In this document: in pieces, positions 46,481 to 59,660 of the stretch | How the letters are laid out: each line of letters opens with the position of its first letter | How positions within the stretch are numbered: the first letter of the stretch is position 1 | Source: Mustelus asterias | Taxonomy: Eukaryota | NCBI RefSeq assembly: GCF_964213995.1 | Contig: NC_135812.1 | Span: 81,220,001-81,284,000, forward strand | Direction of reading: 5' to 3' | DNA: 64,000 nucleotides | Translations under genes and position numbers: made by a program | Notes under the pieces: model-generated | What the model saw: the letters and a program-made list of their open reading frames with translations, nothing else | Told to the model about the DNA's origin: nothing | The model's database searches: none

Positions 46481-47089
46481 TTCCTTTGCCCTGCTCAGTC
46501 CAAGAGAATATACCTGTAAGATTTTCTACGTGATTGGGTAAATGTTGTATCATGGGGGTGCTGGAATAGTTAGGCCAGGGGTTAGTTAGTTCATCTTCAG
46601 CAGTGCAACTAGATTGTCTATAAGGCCCATAGCCTGCATTGCATCAAGTGCAATCATTACACAGAATGAACTGAATTGGCAGAACAATAGCTTTTATGAT
46701 GGAGAGGTCCCACAGAACATGCCCCATCTTGGACAATTCACCTATAACAATTAATCTGTTTCATTGGGCCTAATTTTCATTGGTCTGAGGAGGCTGGAGT
46801 GGAGGTGGGCATACTGACAATTCTGTGCTAACCCTGTCATTCCAGGCTGCTGGCATGTTCCTGCCTCCATTCATGGAGGCTACTTCTGGGGGCGATGGCT
46901 ATCTTGCCCACTAGATGGGTAGTCCATACGCTCTTTTAAAGTGCTTAGTGAGGGCACTCATCATCGTCTGGAATTTTCCAGATAGATCCCCTGTTGAGGC
47001 CAAGGCCAAATGGCCTTCTGGTGGCAAGTTGTGGAACCAGCAATGCCTCATATACTTCCCTACCCCACCCACGCCATGGCCAGAGGGTC

Positions 47090-47395
47090 ACTGCAGCTGT
47101 TCAGCATTCTCCTGTTCACACCTCCTCTAGGCACATCTCATGTTTCTTTACTTGTCCTATTATCATTCCCTTTACTCCGAATACCACCAACGATTTTCTT
47201 ATTTAACCTCTTGTCTTCCACCCCCATCACAGACCTTCCTTTTGTTCTTTTTCCACCTTCCCACTTTTCATTTGCTTAAAATCTATTAAATTTATAATAT
47301 TTCCTGGTTCTGATTGGGGGGGGAAAAAATCAACCAAAAATGTTAGATGCTATCTGACCTGCGAAATATTTCCAGCATTTTATATTTTTCTTTCT
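47090..47395 (+). mobile_element. Penelope-like pLTR fragment
   Basis: cccccatcacagaccttcc, gatgctatctgacctgcgaaatatttccagcatttt. Confidence 0.5.
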
Positions 47396-47584
47396 GTAAG
47401 GAGTGAAAGGTGTGCTGACAGATTGTAACAATGTAAAATGGTGTTGATAATGGCCGATGATATCTTGTTCTGGGCAGCTGAAACTTGCTCTGATCTGAAG
47501 TCTGGATCCTTGGGAAATAGTTCAACTGGTATTTCTGCAATATATTCAACCACATATTGTGAGATTGGAGTCACCTTTGCTGAG

Positions 47585-47750
47585 AGAACATTAGTGAACC
47601 AGTAAGATTTTTAAGACAATCTGACAAGCTTCATAGCCTACAAATGATCAGATTTATTGAATTGAGTTTCACTTACTTGTCATGTTGGAGTTTGAACTCT
47701 TGCTCTCTGTGCTGGTAGTGCAGTACCATAATCACTAGGCTGCCATACTC
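47585..47750 (-). mobile_element. Degraded SINE related to 50400-50757
   Basis: cattagtgaaccag...tttgaactc...ataatcactagg. Confidence 0.5.
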
Positions 47751-48204
47751 TATAATAGTCTGTGGAGACTTAATATCTCAGCAAACACACAAAGAATGGC
47801 TAAGTGTCAACATTGGGAAAATCTCTAGTGTGGGATTTTCAGTCATGAGCTATGTACCTGAGGCAATACTTTGCACCTAACGTAGAAGTGGTTAGAAGCA
47901 GCAAGCTGAGTCCATCACAAGTCACAGGAGATGATGAAGCATGATAAACATATTTTCTCTTTTTTTGCTCCAGTTTTGTTTTCCTTTCCTGAACTTTTTT
48001 CTCTGGACAAGATTGTGAGCTGCTGGCGAGGAATGCAAGTTGTGCTGATGTAATCACGGGAGTGGTCTCGCACCCATTTCATTTTGCACTGCAGTTCTGC
48101 TGCTCCCTGTGCACCAGCATGTATTTTCATGCCTTTGTCTTTTTAAAGGTTCAGAGCAGATAAACTCTTCACACAATTATGATTTTTTTTTCATTTTATG
48201 TTCA

Positions 48205-48472
48205 CGTTTTGTGTGGAATTTGCATGTTCTTCCCGTGTCTGCGTGGGTTTCCTCCGGGTGCTCCGGTTTCCTCCCACAGTCCAAAGATGTGCAGGTTAGG
48301 TGGATTGGCCATGCTAAGTTGTCTCTTGGTGTCCAAAGATGTATAGGTTAGCGGGATTAGTGGAGCAAATACGTGGGGTTACAGGAATAGATTCTGGGTG
48401 GTTGCTCTGTCAGAGTCAGTGCAGGGTCGATGGCCCAAATAGCCTGCTTCTGCACTGTAGGGATTCTATGAT
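48205..48472 (+). mobile_element. 5'-truncated HE1-type V-SINE
   Basis: gggtttcctccgggtgctccggtttcctcccacagtccaaag...ctgcactgtagggattctatga. Confidence 0.9.
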
Positions 48473-48937
48473 TTGAATGAGAGCAAGGAAAGGTATGAGT
48501 AAAGAAACGTATTTCATAATATATATTTTTAGTATGGTACTTTGGGATATTTCAATAATATTTTCAATCTATTGACCAAAAACAATTGATGTTACAACTT
48601 ATTTTCCTGAAATGCAGTATTTCATGTTGGAGTGGCCAAATGATGAAAGAAGATAAACCAAAGCTACACACAGGGCCTGGTCATCCTGTCTTTCTGTGTT
48701 ACATTTTGTCTTAGTTTACATCCAATCAGCAGGGCATGATTCTGGAGCTTGTCTATCTGCAGCAACTAAGCTGTAACATTGGAACAACACTGCCCGTGAC
48801 CAGATCACCACTGTCCTCTACTGTGATGCCTACAGGTCATTCCTAGGTAGCACGGCAATGGTAGAAGATGCTGCTAATGCATAACGTGGCTGATGTGTTG
48901 TTCAGCATGGCTTGTGTTCCTGTCTCGTTCAACATGC

Positions 48938-49161
48938 TATTCCATTTTGTGTCCTTGCATCAGGTTTACTTTCCTTTTCTTACTGCCTGCCATTTCTTCT
49001 TTGTCCTCATTCAGATCTAATTTTATCTATTTATTAGTGTCAGAAGTAGGCTTACATTAACATTGCAATGAAGTTACTGTGAAAATTGCCTAGTCGCCAC
49101 ACTCTGGGGCCTGTTTGAGTACACTGAGGGAGAGTTTAGCATGATTGATGCACCTAACCAA
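48938..49161. repeat. Copy 1 of a local duplication (non-SINE flank plus SINE tail)
   Basis: tattccattttgtgtccttgcatcaggtttactttccttttcttac repeated at 49680. Confidence 0.9.
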
Positions 49162-49769
49162 TGTAACTTCCCTGCTGCATTTCTCAAGATGCAGGAACAT
49201 TGACGGTTTACAGATGTCCAATCCAAAGGCATCAGTAAATGATTTTTGTGTTTCAATGATGCATGAAGCAAAAGTATGATTATGGCACCACTTTCAAGGT
49301 GCAGCTTGCAAGCTTTCCCTGTTAATTAGGAATCGGGCCTAGGGGATCAGGCTTTTTTGTGGGAAAGCAGTTAATGAGGAACAGATTGGCAGGCAGATTT
49401 TTTGTGGTATCTACAGAGATTTCTCCTACTTGCCAGGCTTCTTAATACCTTCTCCAGCTCCTGTTGTTTTCTCAGCTAATGCACTGTTAGGCCTGGCTGC
49501 CACCTACTGTCAAGCATGTTGTACTACCATCATGTGGGAACAGCATGCCAAACAGGGCACCCCCTGCCAGCACGCCCACCCCCACTACCACCTTTCATCC
49601 ACCTCGTGTAGCAGCCTGCTAACTTAATCAGCCATCAAGCAGAGGGTCAACTTTTGCTTTCGCATGGGAGTTCCTCAAGTATTCCATTTTGTGTCCTTGC
49701 ATCAGGTTTACTTTCCTTTTCTTACGGCCTGCCATTTCCTCTTTGCCCTCATTCAAATTTAATTTTATC

Positions 49770-50063
49770 TGGTTATTAGCGTCACAAGTAGGCTTACATT
49801 AACGCTGCAATGAAGTTACCCTGAAAACCCCCTAGTCACCACACGCCGGTGCCTGTTCGGGTACACTGAGGGAGAATTTAGCACAGCCAATACTCCTAAC
49901 CAGCATGTCTTTGGGACTATGGGAGGAAACCGGAGCACCTGGAGGAAACCCACGCAGACATGGGGAGAACGTACAAACTCCAGACAGACCGTGAGCCAAG
50001 CCAGGAATTGAACTCGGGTCCCTGATGCTGTGAGGCAGCAGTGCTAATCACTGTGCCACCATG
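49770..50063 (-). mobile_element. V-SINE, short-tail subfamily
   Basis: Full head to tail in reverse orientation. Confidence 0.9.
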
Positions 50064-50399
50064 TCAGCAATATTTTGGTGCAAGTTTTTTGGAAAGGTTT
50101 TTTTTATCATTTTTTGTTTTCCCCCTCCCAACCACCACTTCTAAGTGACCATATCATTTTTTTATTCTGGCAGAAATTCCATCCATATTTCAGTCATGTT
50201 CCTGCGTCTGAACCAAGGGTTTGGTCGAAAGATTTGAACAATCTGAGAATACAAACTCAGGCAGCACCACGTCATTGTGGAAAGCTAATTGCAGCTTTCT
50301 GCCTGCAATGCATTTAAATTGCTTAATCAGTTTGTTATTCTTTGTATTTTTTTGCCCCTTCAAAGACAATGTTTGCTGGAGAATAAGGAACCCAATATA

Positions 50400-50757
50400 T
50401 TTTTTGTTCATTTGTGGGACATAGGTGTTGCTGGCTGGCCAGCATTTATTGCCCATCCATGGTTGCCCTTGTTCAGAGGGCAGTTGAGAGTCAACCACAT
50501 TGCTGTGGCTCTGGAGTCACATGTTGGCCAGATCAGGTAAGGCCAGCAGATTTCCTTCCCTAAAGGACATTAGTGAACCAGATAGGTTTTCCAACAGTCA
50601 ACAATGGTCATCAGTAGATTCTTAATTCCAGATATTTTTTCTTGAATTCAAATTCTGCCATCTACTGTGGCGGGATTCAAACCTGGGTCCTCAGGACATT
50701 AGCTGAGTTTCTGGATTAATAGTCTAGCGATAATATCACTAGGCCATTGCATCCCCC
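50400..50757 (-). mobile_element. tRNA-derived SINE, MetaSINE-like, sharing its 3' tail with the CR1/L2-group LINE
   Basis: Minus strand: tggcctagtg (A box), ggtttgaatccc (B box), ctggttcactaatgtcctttagggaaggaaatctgc core, gggcaataaatgctggccagccagc tail. Confidence 0.75.
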
Positions 50758-51081
50758 AATGACTTTGGAATAGGGTTATTACACTGTTAATGATGGTAAT
50801 CAAAGTGCTGTGTTAAAAATATACACCTTTATATGCACTTTCCAGTGAGAGAGAAGAAAACCATACTGCCATACCTCAGCGGAGTTAGGCTGTGTGGTGA
50901 GAGAGCGGAAGATTCTGATTCCTGGGTTACTGTGATCATTAATGCGAGATAGTTAGTATGTCTAGGAGTGGTCATTTAGGAATGTAATTGAGGACAGCTA
51001 GTTCTGTGGAGCTGCAGCTTCAGGAAAGGAAAGCATTAAGTTGGGACTGTAGAAAGAAAAGGCAATGACAAAATTTATTTT

Positions 51082-51398
51082 GAATCATAAAATCTTCACA
51101 GTGCAGAAGAAGGCCATTTGGCCCATCAAGTCCGCACCGACTCTCTGTCAGAGTATATCACCCAGACCCTCTCTCTTGCCCTATTCCCATGTATTTAACT
51201 CAATCCCCCTAACCTATACATCTTGGGACACTAGGGAGCAATTTAGCATGGCCAATCCTCTTAACTTGCACATCTGTGGGAAGAAACCCACGCAGACCAG
51301 GGGAAAATGTGAAAACTCCACACAGACCATCACCCAAGGCCAGAATTATACCTGGGAGACCTGACGCTGTGAGGCATGTGCTAGCTACTGTGCCACCC
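51082..51398 (-). mobile_element. HE1-type V-SINE
   Basis: cagtgcagaagaaggccatttggccc...ctactgtgccacc. Confidence 0.85.
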
Positions 51399-51399
51399 T

Positions 51400-52340
51400 G
51401 TGAAAATGTTTATAGAGGGGAAAATCTAACAGTGTGAATTCAATGCTTATAACAGAACCCAGCTTAAATTTCCTGTCAAATCAGGTACAGCAAGAGAAAT
51501 TGATATAATTCAGGTCAGAAACTCGAGTGTTTTATGAAGTCTGTCTGCATCATATGTTTTTTGCATCTTGAATTTAGCTAGGATAAGCATGATATGTTTC
51601 ACTTCAGGTATGATTCAAATGACCCACTTAGGAGCTTTTATCAGACAAAGTTTATTTGAGAAGACAGTTAACATGTATAGAAAGAAAATAGCAATAACTT
51701 TTATCATTACAAACAACCATGATATTGTATAAACCTTAACAGCTAAATACTGTTGCAACCAAATAAACAAAACCCTTGCCACAGGGTTTAGCGCAGAAAA
51801 TATGAATGCTCACGTGATGCTGGATCTTAGTCCTTTGGTTGGATGCTGCAGGTCTCTTGATACACAGACACGCTTGAAGTCAGAACAGCTTCCCAAAACA
51901 CCAGGGAGAGAAAGACAGGCTCTACGTACTAACGAGCAAACCACCAACGGTAGAATTCTCACTCCACGAAGGCCAGGAGACCTGTTTCCAACTAGTCAGC
52001 AGAAATTTCAATCCCAGGGAGAGAGAGAGAACCTGCCTGCCACTTGACAACCAGGGCAGCTTCTGACTCTTAAGACCAAAACTGAAAATGAATCCTTAGA
52101 TCCTTCTGGGGAGGAACCACCTGACTTTGACTTCCCCCTCACAATGCTGGGTCATAAAAAAAAAATTCCAGAAAGTATCTGAGGCCCGGAGTAGAAATAG
52201 ACAAAACCCTATTCAAGCCATTGAAGCAGCAATGAAAGGACTTCTAGCAGACAGCTCAGCAACAATGAAACCAAAAGACCTGCTTACAACTGCAGAGAAC
52301 ATGATTTTAAAAAAATTCTTAAAGGTACACAAGCATCACA
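51400..52340 (-). mobile_element. Probable solo LTR (about 0.9 kb)
   Basis: tgtga...tcaca termini, minus-strand AATAAA, homology to 18021-18390; TSD not resolved. Confidence 0.55.
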
Positions 52341-53427
52341 AAATAAATAGAGGAAAAATACAGTTAGATTAAATGAGAGGGAAAATAGAGACAGGAGGTA
52401 AAAGCAATGTTTTAAAAATTTACAATTTTACAATCTCCAGCAAAAATTGAAACCAGAATGGATGAGACTCCACACTAGCCATGGTTGATTTTCAATGCCA
52501 AAGAAGTTCATGGACACTAATGAACATTTAAAATACGAAGGCTGAATAGACAAGACTTAGTGCAACAAATTTGGTTCATATCCGCCAAGAAGGTACAGCA
52601 ATTTCAAGTCTTTTAATGGTGGGTCAGACAATGAGGTGCTATTTTTAAAAAGCTGACAGAGTGGTACTACATGGATAGCAACATCCTCGTACTCGAGTTA
52701 ACCAAGCATCCTCCTTTCATCTGGAATTACTGAACCATTCGCACATAAATACCAGCAAGTACCTTCGCCTCACTGTTACTTAGACAAGAAAGTCCAGGCC
52801 TTATTATGGTAAAACAGTTAATTTAACTGTTGACGTAGTGTCTGGAAATGTCAACTCAAATGTATTTAACGCTCGCAACAGTCAGACGTGCAAATATATA
52901 ATGAGTAGATTTACATTTGACTGGTTAAAATTACTGGATATGCCTCTGTTTAGATGGAGTAGTTTCATTTTAGCTGCCAGTGGTGTGAACGTGGTTAGGG
53001 ATGAATATTTGTTCCTTTTAACGAAACATGCTATTGACACATTCTGTGGCAAGATGTACTTTTCTGACGTTGGCCAGGAAGCCAGTTGACAGCAGGTATT
53101 ATTAATGAAGGTGATAAATCTCTGTCTGTAGCCACTTAACCTTTGTACCAATCTTTCTGCATGAAATCTTATTGTGGGAACCCTAAACAACTGCCTATTT
53201 TATGGAATGTGGATCAGAATTGTTCATTTTAAAAGTCTGTACAAAGGGTTTCATATTTTTACAATATTTAAAGAAGAATACTATTGAGATAATTTTCATA
53301 TTATCTCAATGGCAGTTCAAACGCACCCTCATTCTACCCCTGGGGAACTAACCATATCTAACCGCAAAGACAAGATAATCACCAGTAAATTCAAGAGAAA
53401 CTTTACAATCCAGATAATGGTTAGAAT

Positions 53428-53768
53428 GTTTGATTTGATTTATTATTGTCACATGTACAAGTATATAGTGAAAAGTATAGCTTCTTGCGTACTATACAGG
53501 CAAAGCATACCGTACACAGAGAAGGAAAGGAGAGAGTGCAGAATGTATTGCTACAATCATAGCTAGGGTGTAGAAAAAGATCAACTTAGTGCGAGGTAAG
53601 CCCATGCAAAAGTCTGATGGCAGCAGGGAAGAAGCTGTTCTTGAGTCTGTTGGTACATGTCCTCTGACTTTTGTATCTTTTTCCCAATGGAAGAGAGTAT
53701 GTCTAGGGTGCGTGGGGCCCTTAATTATGCTGGCTGCTTTTCCAAGGCAGTGGGAAGTGTAGACAGAG
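53428..53768 (-). mobile_element. Rex1/Babar LINE 3' end
   Basis: tttgatttgatttattattgtcacatg, ggcagcagggaagaagctgttcttgag: reverse of 30170-30365. Confidence 0.85.
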
Positions 53769-53865
53769 CTGATGAAGCGTCATCCAGACTTGAAACATTG
53801 GCTCTATTCTCTCCCCACAGGTGCTATCAGACCGGCTGAGATTTTCCAGCATTTTCTGTTTTGGT
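53769..53865 (+). mobile_element. Penelope-like pLTR with a hammerhead core
   Basis: CTGATGA agc GTC atcca GAC tt GAAA cattgg...ctgagattttccagcattttctg. Confidence 0.6.
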
Positions 53866-54222
53866 TCTCTTCTTATCTTCAATGGCTGACAGGTCGCCAC
53901 TTGCTGATGATTGTGCTGACACTCTCGGGCTCCTGATTTTTATATTGTGAAGTATCTCACTCACGCCGATGCTCATACCCATTCTGGGTCATCAGACAAT
54001 GGTGGCACATATCCCTGTTCAAGTTCATAAAAGTTCAATCTTGAGCTTAAAAAAAACTTCAGCACTTATACTTTCTTGAGGATAAACAGTCTCAGTTCGT
54101 ATTTTATTCAGCTCGAGTTTTTGCAGGTAGGCTATTTTGTCCATTTAAGTGAAAAGCAGGAAAGCACATGTTTAATCTTTGTCCAATTAAGCAATCATGA
54201 TATTCTGGGGTTTTTTCCATTC

Positions 54223-54477
54223 TGTGATAACCTCCATGGGGAATCGTGGATTGATTTCCCTGGGGGCTCATTGAGTACAAGTTCCCCAGGTAACAGGCAG
54301 TGGCCTGCCCAGCTTGAATTCATTGGATGAACCTTTTATAAGGCAGGCCCAGGACTGGGCCTGCTGAGCTGTAGTCCCAGGCAGGGACTAGTGTGTGTAC
54401 ACCATGGTTGTGGTTTTACTTTGCATTCTGTAATAAACTACGTTCCTTTCCAGTCAGGCCTCCTGAGTCATTTCGCA
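54223..54477 (+). mobile_element. Probable short solo LTR (255 bp)
   Basis: TG...CA ends, TATA-like tttataagg near 54336, AATAAA near 54432; TSD imperfect (attc/tttc). Confidence 0.55.
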
Positions 54478-54653
54478 TTTCATCACTCATGAAGTCCTTC
54501 TTTGTTTTACCAACTTTGTCCATTTCTGTATGCAAGACCGTCAAGTGATACTTACAAGTTCAAATGAGTATAAAGCACTCCTGTTCAGCACTACAAAACA
54601 TTAGTAAAATAAAATTAAGGTTAAAATGAAAATGTGTTAAAAAGAAAGAGACT

Positions 54654-55117
54654 GGGTGGAATTTTCTGGATTATTTCCAAGTGTTTTCTCAGGTGAGAAA
54701 AGCAGTGTGCAGAATGCCGGCCAGCTGCACTGCCAACTATTCTCACCAAACTTTCCAGCATGAGAAAAAGGACATGCAGGAGGTGTGTTCCACTGTCTCG
54801 GGGCAGCACTAGGGTACTGCCCAGGCATGTCCCTCTCCCCCTCTGGGGGCTGTACATACCTGTGCACCCTGGTGTGGTCGCTGCAACTGGTTCACATTGC
54901 TCAAGAACTGTTCTAAACCTCGGGAATGTGACGTTGCATTGGCAAGGAGGAAAATCCCAATATGCGGGGATGATACAGTGGGGAAGCCGGCTAATGAGAT
55001 TTAAATGGATTTAACTGAGGTTCCTGACACTCTTGGACTGGAACCTCAATGGGGGGAGGGGGGAACAATCGCGTCAGGAGATCTTGCTGCCAAATTCTCA
55101 TTCTGCAAAATCCAGGC
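54654..55117. mobile_element. Harbinger-like MITE
   Basis: gggtggaattttc / gcaaaatccaggcc; core shared with 45083-45550. Confidence 0.65.
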
Positions 55118-55602
55118 CAATGGAGTGAAAATATGGGTCTGGCAGCCCTTTCCTGTCAAATCCTAGAATCCTTTAAAATCCATGTCACATCTTTCCATAA
55201 ACTCAATGTTGGAACCTCTCCAAACACTTTGCCATTCCACTCCATCGAAAAGGCTTCAGTGATATCGGCTGTGATTGTGACCACTAACTAACCCTCCCTG
55301 CCTCCCAGGCATGCAGCCTTTGACATGATTAACCACCACATCCTTCACAAATGTATCTGGTCATTATCCAGCTGAGTGGGACTGTTTGTCTGGTTTCACT
55401 ATTACCTGTCCAGTTATGGCCAGAGAATCTTTTGAGTGGTTCGTCTTCCTGACCTCTAGAATCTCCAAAGTATCCATCCTTTTACCCGCTCCTATTTCTC
55501 ATCTACGATGTTTAATAATATTTCAATATTATTTAACGTCAGGTTCCACATGTACACTCACAAGACTGAGCACTACCTCACCATCATCCTTCTCAATCTT
55601 TA

Positions 55603-55926
55603 AAGTTAAAGTTTATTTATTAGCCACAAGTAGGCTTACATTAACAATGCAATGAACTTACTGTGAAAATCCCCTAGTTGCCACACTCCAACACCTGTTC
55701 AGGTACACTGAGGGTGAATTTAGCATGGCCAATTCACCTAACCTGTACATCTTTGGACTGCAGTTGGGAGGGGGGGGGAGGTGGAACGGGAGCACCCGGG
55801 AGAAACCCACGCAGACACGGGAAGACTGTGCAAACTCCACACAGACAGTGACCAAAGCCGGGAATCGAACCTGGGTCCCTGGCGCTATGAGGCAGCAGTG
55901 CTAACCACTGTGCCACCGTGCCGCCC
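55603..55926 (-). mobile_element. V-SINE, short-tail subfamily
   Basis: Full length; ends gtgccaccgtgccgccc. Confidence 0.92.
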
Positions 55927-56219
55927 CACTTTCCCTGTTCTGTTTGACCTTTTGACCAGTTTAATTCTGGATGAGCCAATCCTTTTATTTTTAATTAAAC
56001 TAACTGAGCCATTGATTCCATCCCTTTCCCTAACTACATTCTTGAGTTGAACCGACTGTTGGTAAACAAATGGTGCTATTTTGTATTCTAAACGAAGATT
56101 CCAAGCTCTCAAATTCTTCATTGCCAAGACAGGCAATTTCCACCTCCATAAAATAGCCTCTCTCTGACCCTATCTCAGCTCTCATCAACTGTTGGAACTT
56201 ACATCCACGCCTTTGCTAA

Positions 56220-56496
56220 AGTTTAAAGTTTATTTATTAGTGTCACATATATTAACACTGCAATGAGGTTACTGTGAAAATCTCCTAGTCGCTATGCTCC
56301 GGTGCCTGTTCAGGTACACTGAAGGGGAATTTAGCATGGCCAATGCACTTAACCAGCACGTGTTTTGGACTGTGGGAGGAAACCAGAGCACCTGAAGGAA
56401 ACCCACGCAGGCACGGGGAGAACGTGCAGTCTCCGCACAGACAGTGATCCAAGCCAGGAATCGAAGCTGGGTCCCTGGGCCCTGGTGCTGCTAACT
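56220..56496 (-). mobile_element. V-SINE, short-tail subfamily
   Basis: aagtttatttattagtgtcac tail; ggaatcgaagctgggtccc head. Confidence 0.9.
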
Positions 56497-56910
56497 CCAG
56501 ATTCAAAATATCCCAACATTATCCTGGCCGGAATCTTCCACCTTTTCATAAATTTAAGCTCTTTTGGATCTCTGATACTCCTAATTCACGCCACGTGCTT
56601 GTTGACCTATATTGGTTCCCAATACTCCTCGGTTGAGCTTTTCCAGCCCTGAAACTGGCAGGCTTCATCGTGGACAGGGTGGGGAAAAAGTCAGCAGCTC
56701 TTCAAATGTTCCCGTCCCACTCATGACAATACTCAATGTTGGCGGGTCTAGAAATTCCCAATCTCAATTTAAAACTCTCCACCTTTTGCTCAAATTCCTC
56801 AATGGCCTCCCTTCTCCCTATCATTGTAAGTTCCTACAACCCTTATTGCGAACTCCAAGTTCCACCAACTTGAACTTCTTGTGCATAAGTTTTTAAGTTT
56901 ATCACCAAAC

Positions 56911-57205
56911 AGGTAGCACAGTGGTTAGCACTGCTGCCTCACACCCAGGTTTGATTCCCGGCTTGTGTCACTGTCTGTGCGGAGTCTGCACGGAGTCTCC
57001 CCGTGTCTGCGTGAGTTTCCTCCGGGTGCTCCGGTTTCCTTCCACAGTCCAAAAGACGTGCTGGTTAGGTGCATTGGCCATGCTAAATTCTCCCTCAGTG
57101 TATCCGAACAGGCGCTGGAGTGTGGCAACCAGGGGATTTTCACAGTAACTCCATTGCAATGTTAATGTAAGCCTACATGTGACACTAATAAATAAACTTA
57201 AGCTT
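56911..57205 (+). mobile_element. V-SINE, short-tail subfamily
   Basis: ggtagcacagtggttag...gtgacactaataaataaactt. Confidence 0.9.
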
Positions 57206-58129
57206 TAAACTTTAAAAGAAGAATGTTAGGAGATTTGATACATAAGATGTTTTTTAGGAATTCAGAATACTAAATTAAATGTATTTCTGGAATTCATAAT
57301 GAATTTTAAAAGGAGAGTGAATAAATATTTGAAAAATAAAAATTGAGGGCTATAGTGAATGGACAGGGGAATGGGTCCAAATATATATCTCTTTGGCAAA
57401 CAGCCAGTACGTAATTGGCAAGCTGATTCACCTCCTTCTGTGCTGCAGAATTCTATGAAATTAATTTAACCATCAACTTTCCACCATTGCTTGTCAGTAT
57501 TTCTAAGCGGGAGAGTGGACACATTGCACAGAAACCATGGCTGGAGTTTTCCAGTCCCGCTCGCTGCAGAACTGGAAATTAGCCACCTGAAGTCAATGGA
57601 CTTTTCACAGTTCCATTGACTTTTCTGTCCCACCCGCGGAGATTGTCACCATGGTCAGGACCAGTAATTCATGGATTTTGTCTATGTTTAAAAGCAGTTG
57701 ATTATAAGTGTCGCTAAGACCTGCCCCTTTTTTTTGTAAAGAAAAGAAAGTTTTCTGAATAAAACGTCTACAGCCAGTCATGTCAAAAAAATCTTTTCCA
57801 TTGGCAAGAGCCAAGCCATTTGTTTCATTTTTATCAGAAAATGCACCCCATCTTAAATAGCTGCATTAACAAAATGGATAAAATGCAACTTTACAGAGGT
57901 TATAAATTAATTGTAAGCCTCCCATTTTGCTTTAATGAGACATTTTTTATGTACTGTCAGAATCCTTTTAATAACAGCTGTATGTTTGGCAGAGAAAAAT
58001 ATCATGTAATTATTATTAATTTGGACACAATTATAACTGATTGCATTTCCTGACATTGTGTGCTAGGAATTTGTCTGTACTGTTTCTTGGGCATGGGCCC
58101 ACACCTATTGCTGTGGAGATTCGGCAGCA

Positions 58130-58900
58130 TGTACATTTGGTGCTGCCTTCTCATCTACCTGATTGCAGCATAGTTTACACAGGGCCCAGCTGCTGATTGC
58201 CCTAGTGCTCAGCAAGGGACCAGGCAACGTTTGCAGAGAACACATAATGAGCGCCTGCTCCTCTTAAAGGCAGTCTGCCCCTTGTCGAAGAAAGCTGTAC
58301 TGAATCACAGGAGGCTGTTAGTAAATTTGATTGCTACAATTTTGAAGAAGGAAAATGGAACACCAGAAGAGAGAGAGGGCTCCCAGGTTCGCGGATGTGG
58401 TGCTGAGGCCCATACCATGAATGTTGATAGGGGAGATGCCAAGTTTCTGCAAGGAATGAAGGGGCACTGAAGAAAACATCAGGTTTTCATGAGCCTTTGG
58501 ATGGGGATGGGATTGGGAGCAGATGGGGAGGGAGATCAATTCCGAGCCTGGTCTCATGGACCTGGAAACAAGAACACATGCATGGTCAAGATCAGTGAAT
58601 GCACCTTTACATGACATCTCCTACCTAACAACCTCCTTGCATTGTTCAATGTACCACAACCCCATCAGTCTCCTGGCACATAGGACTGAAGTTGAATATC
58701 CAGCTACTCACCTCACATGCATTCCAATAACACCAACCCCACGCCCAGCTCTCGCTGCTTCCAGTTATTCAACTGCAGCAGGTACAGCACTCAAAACACA
58801 ATACAACACATTACTGACATCCTCTCTTTCTGGTAGGACAAGGTAATACTCAATAGCTGAGAGCAGAGGAGAACCAGAAAGGATGCCTGCAGCTCTCAGC
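58130..58900 (+). mobile_element. Possible Harbinger relic with a degenerate Myb/SANT-like ORF
   Basis: gagagggctcccaggttcgcggatgtggtgctg = ERAPRFADVVL, then WEQMGREINS, which resembles Harbinger-associated MSANTD proteins. Confidence 0.45.
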
Positions 58901-59184
58901 CCTATGGAGGAATTGCTTCACTAAAATTGGAGTCATGACATCCAGCGTTGCTGGGAACATTGAAGATGAAGTATGTTCCTGCCTTATACCTTTCCTGAAC
59001 TTTAATGACTTTTTGTCCATTACAAGTTCAGAAGTGCAGATGTTGTTCCAAATGTCGGTTGACAAATATATTAACCCTATTGTAAATGAGGACTTGGAGA
59101 TAAACCTATTCTTACCTTTTAAAAGAAGTGCACTATTAATAATATGTCTCTTTTTCAAGAAAGACTGAAGCTAAACTTGAATAT

Positions 59185-59660
59185 ATTATTTTTTCATGGG
59201 ATGTGGGCATCGCTGCTAGCGTCCGCACAATTTCTACCTTGAGAAGGTGGGGCCGAGCTGCTGCCTTAAAACCGTTGCAGTCCATGTGGGGTAATTTCAT
59301 CCACAGTGTTGTTAGAGATGCAAATCCAGGATTTTGATCCAGAAGTGAAGAAACCATGATTTATTTTCAGGCCGGGATGATGTGTGATTTGGAGGGTGGG
59401 TGATGTTTTCATGAGCCTTCTCCTTTTTGTTCTTCTGGTTTGGAATGCACTGTTGCAGGACCTTTCATGAGTTGCTGCAGTGCATCTTGTCAATGGTACA
59501 CATTGGTGCCATGGTGCACTGGAGTTGAAGGAGTAAATGTTTAAGGTGGTGGATGGGATGCTAATCAAGCGGGCTGCTTTGTCATGAATGTGATTTGAGC
59601 TTCTTGAGTGTGGTTTTGAAGCTGCACTCATCCAGGAGAAATTTAACCAAGTGGTGGAGA
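59185..59660 (-). mobile_element. CR1/L2-group LINE 3' fragment
   Basis: WMSAAS..., DKAARLISIPSTTLNIYS; tail ttcatgggatgtgggcatcgctg. Confidence 0.8.

Larger units (their letters stand above)
55150..56900 (+). mobile_element. Highly degraded L2 LINE fragments interleaved with SINEs and a MITE
   Basis: gcagcctttgacatgattaaccac (AAFD..DH), catccacgcctttg, ctccagattcaaaatatcccaac. Confidence 0.55.

Noticed and set aside
55603-57205. Clustered similar repeats as a CRISPR-like or tandem array
   Set aside because: They are independent SINE insertions in mixed orientation in eukaryotic DNA, with no repeat-spacer periodicity
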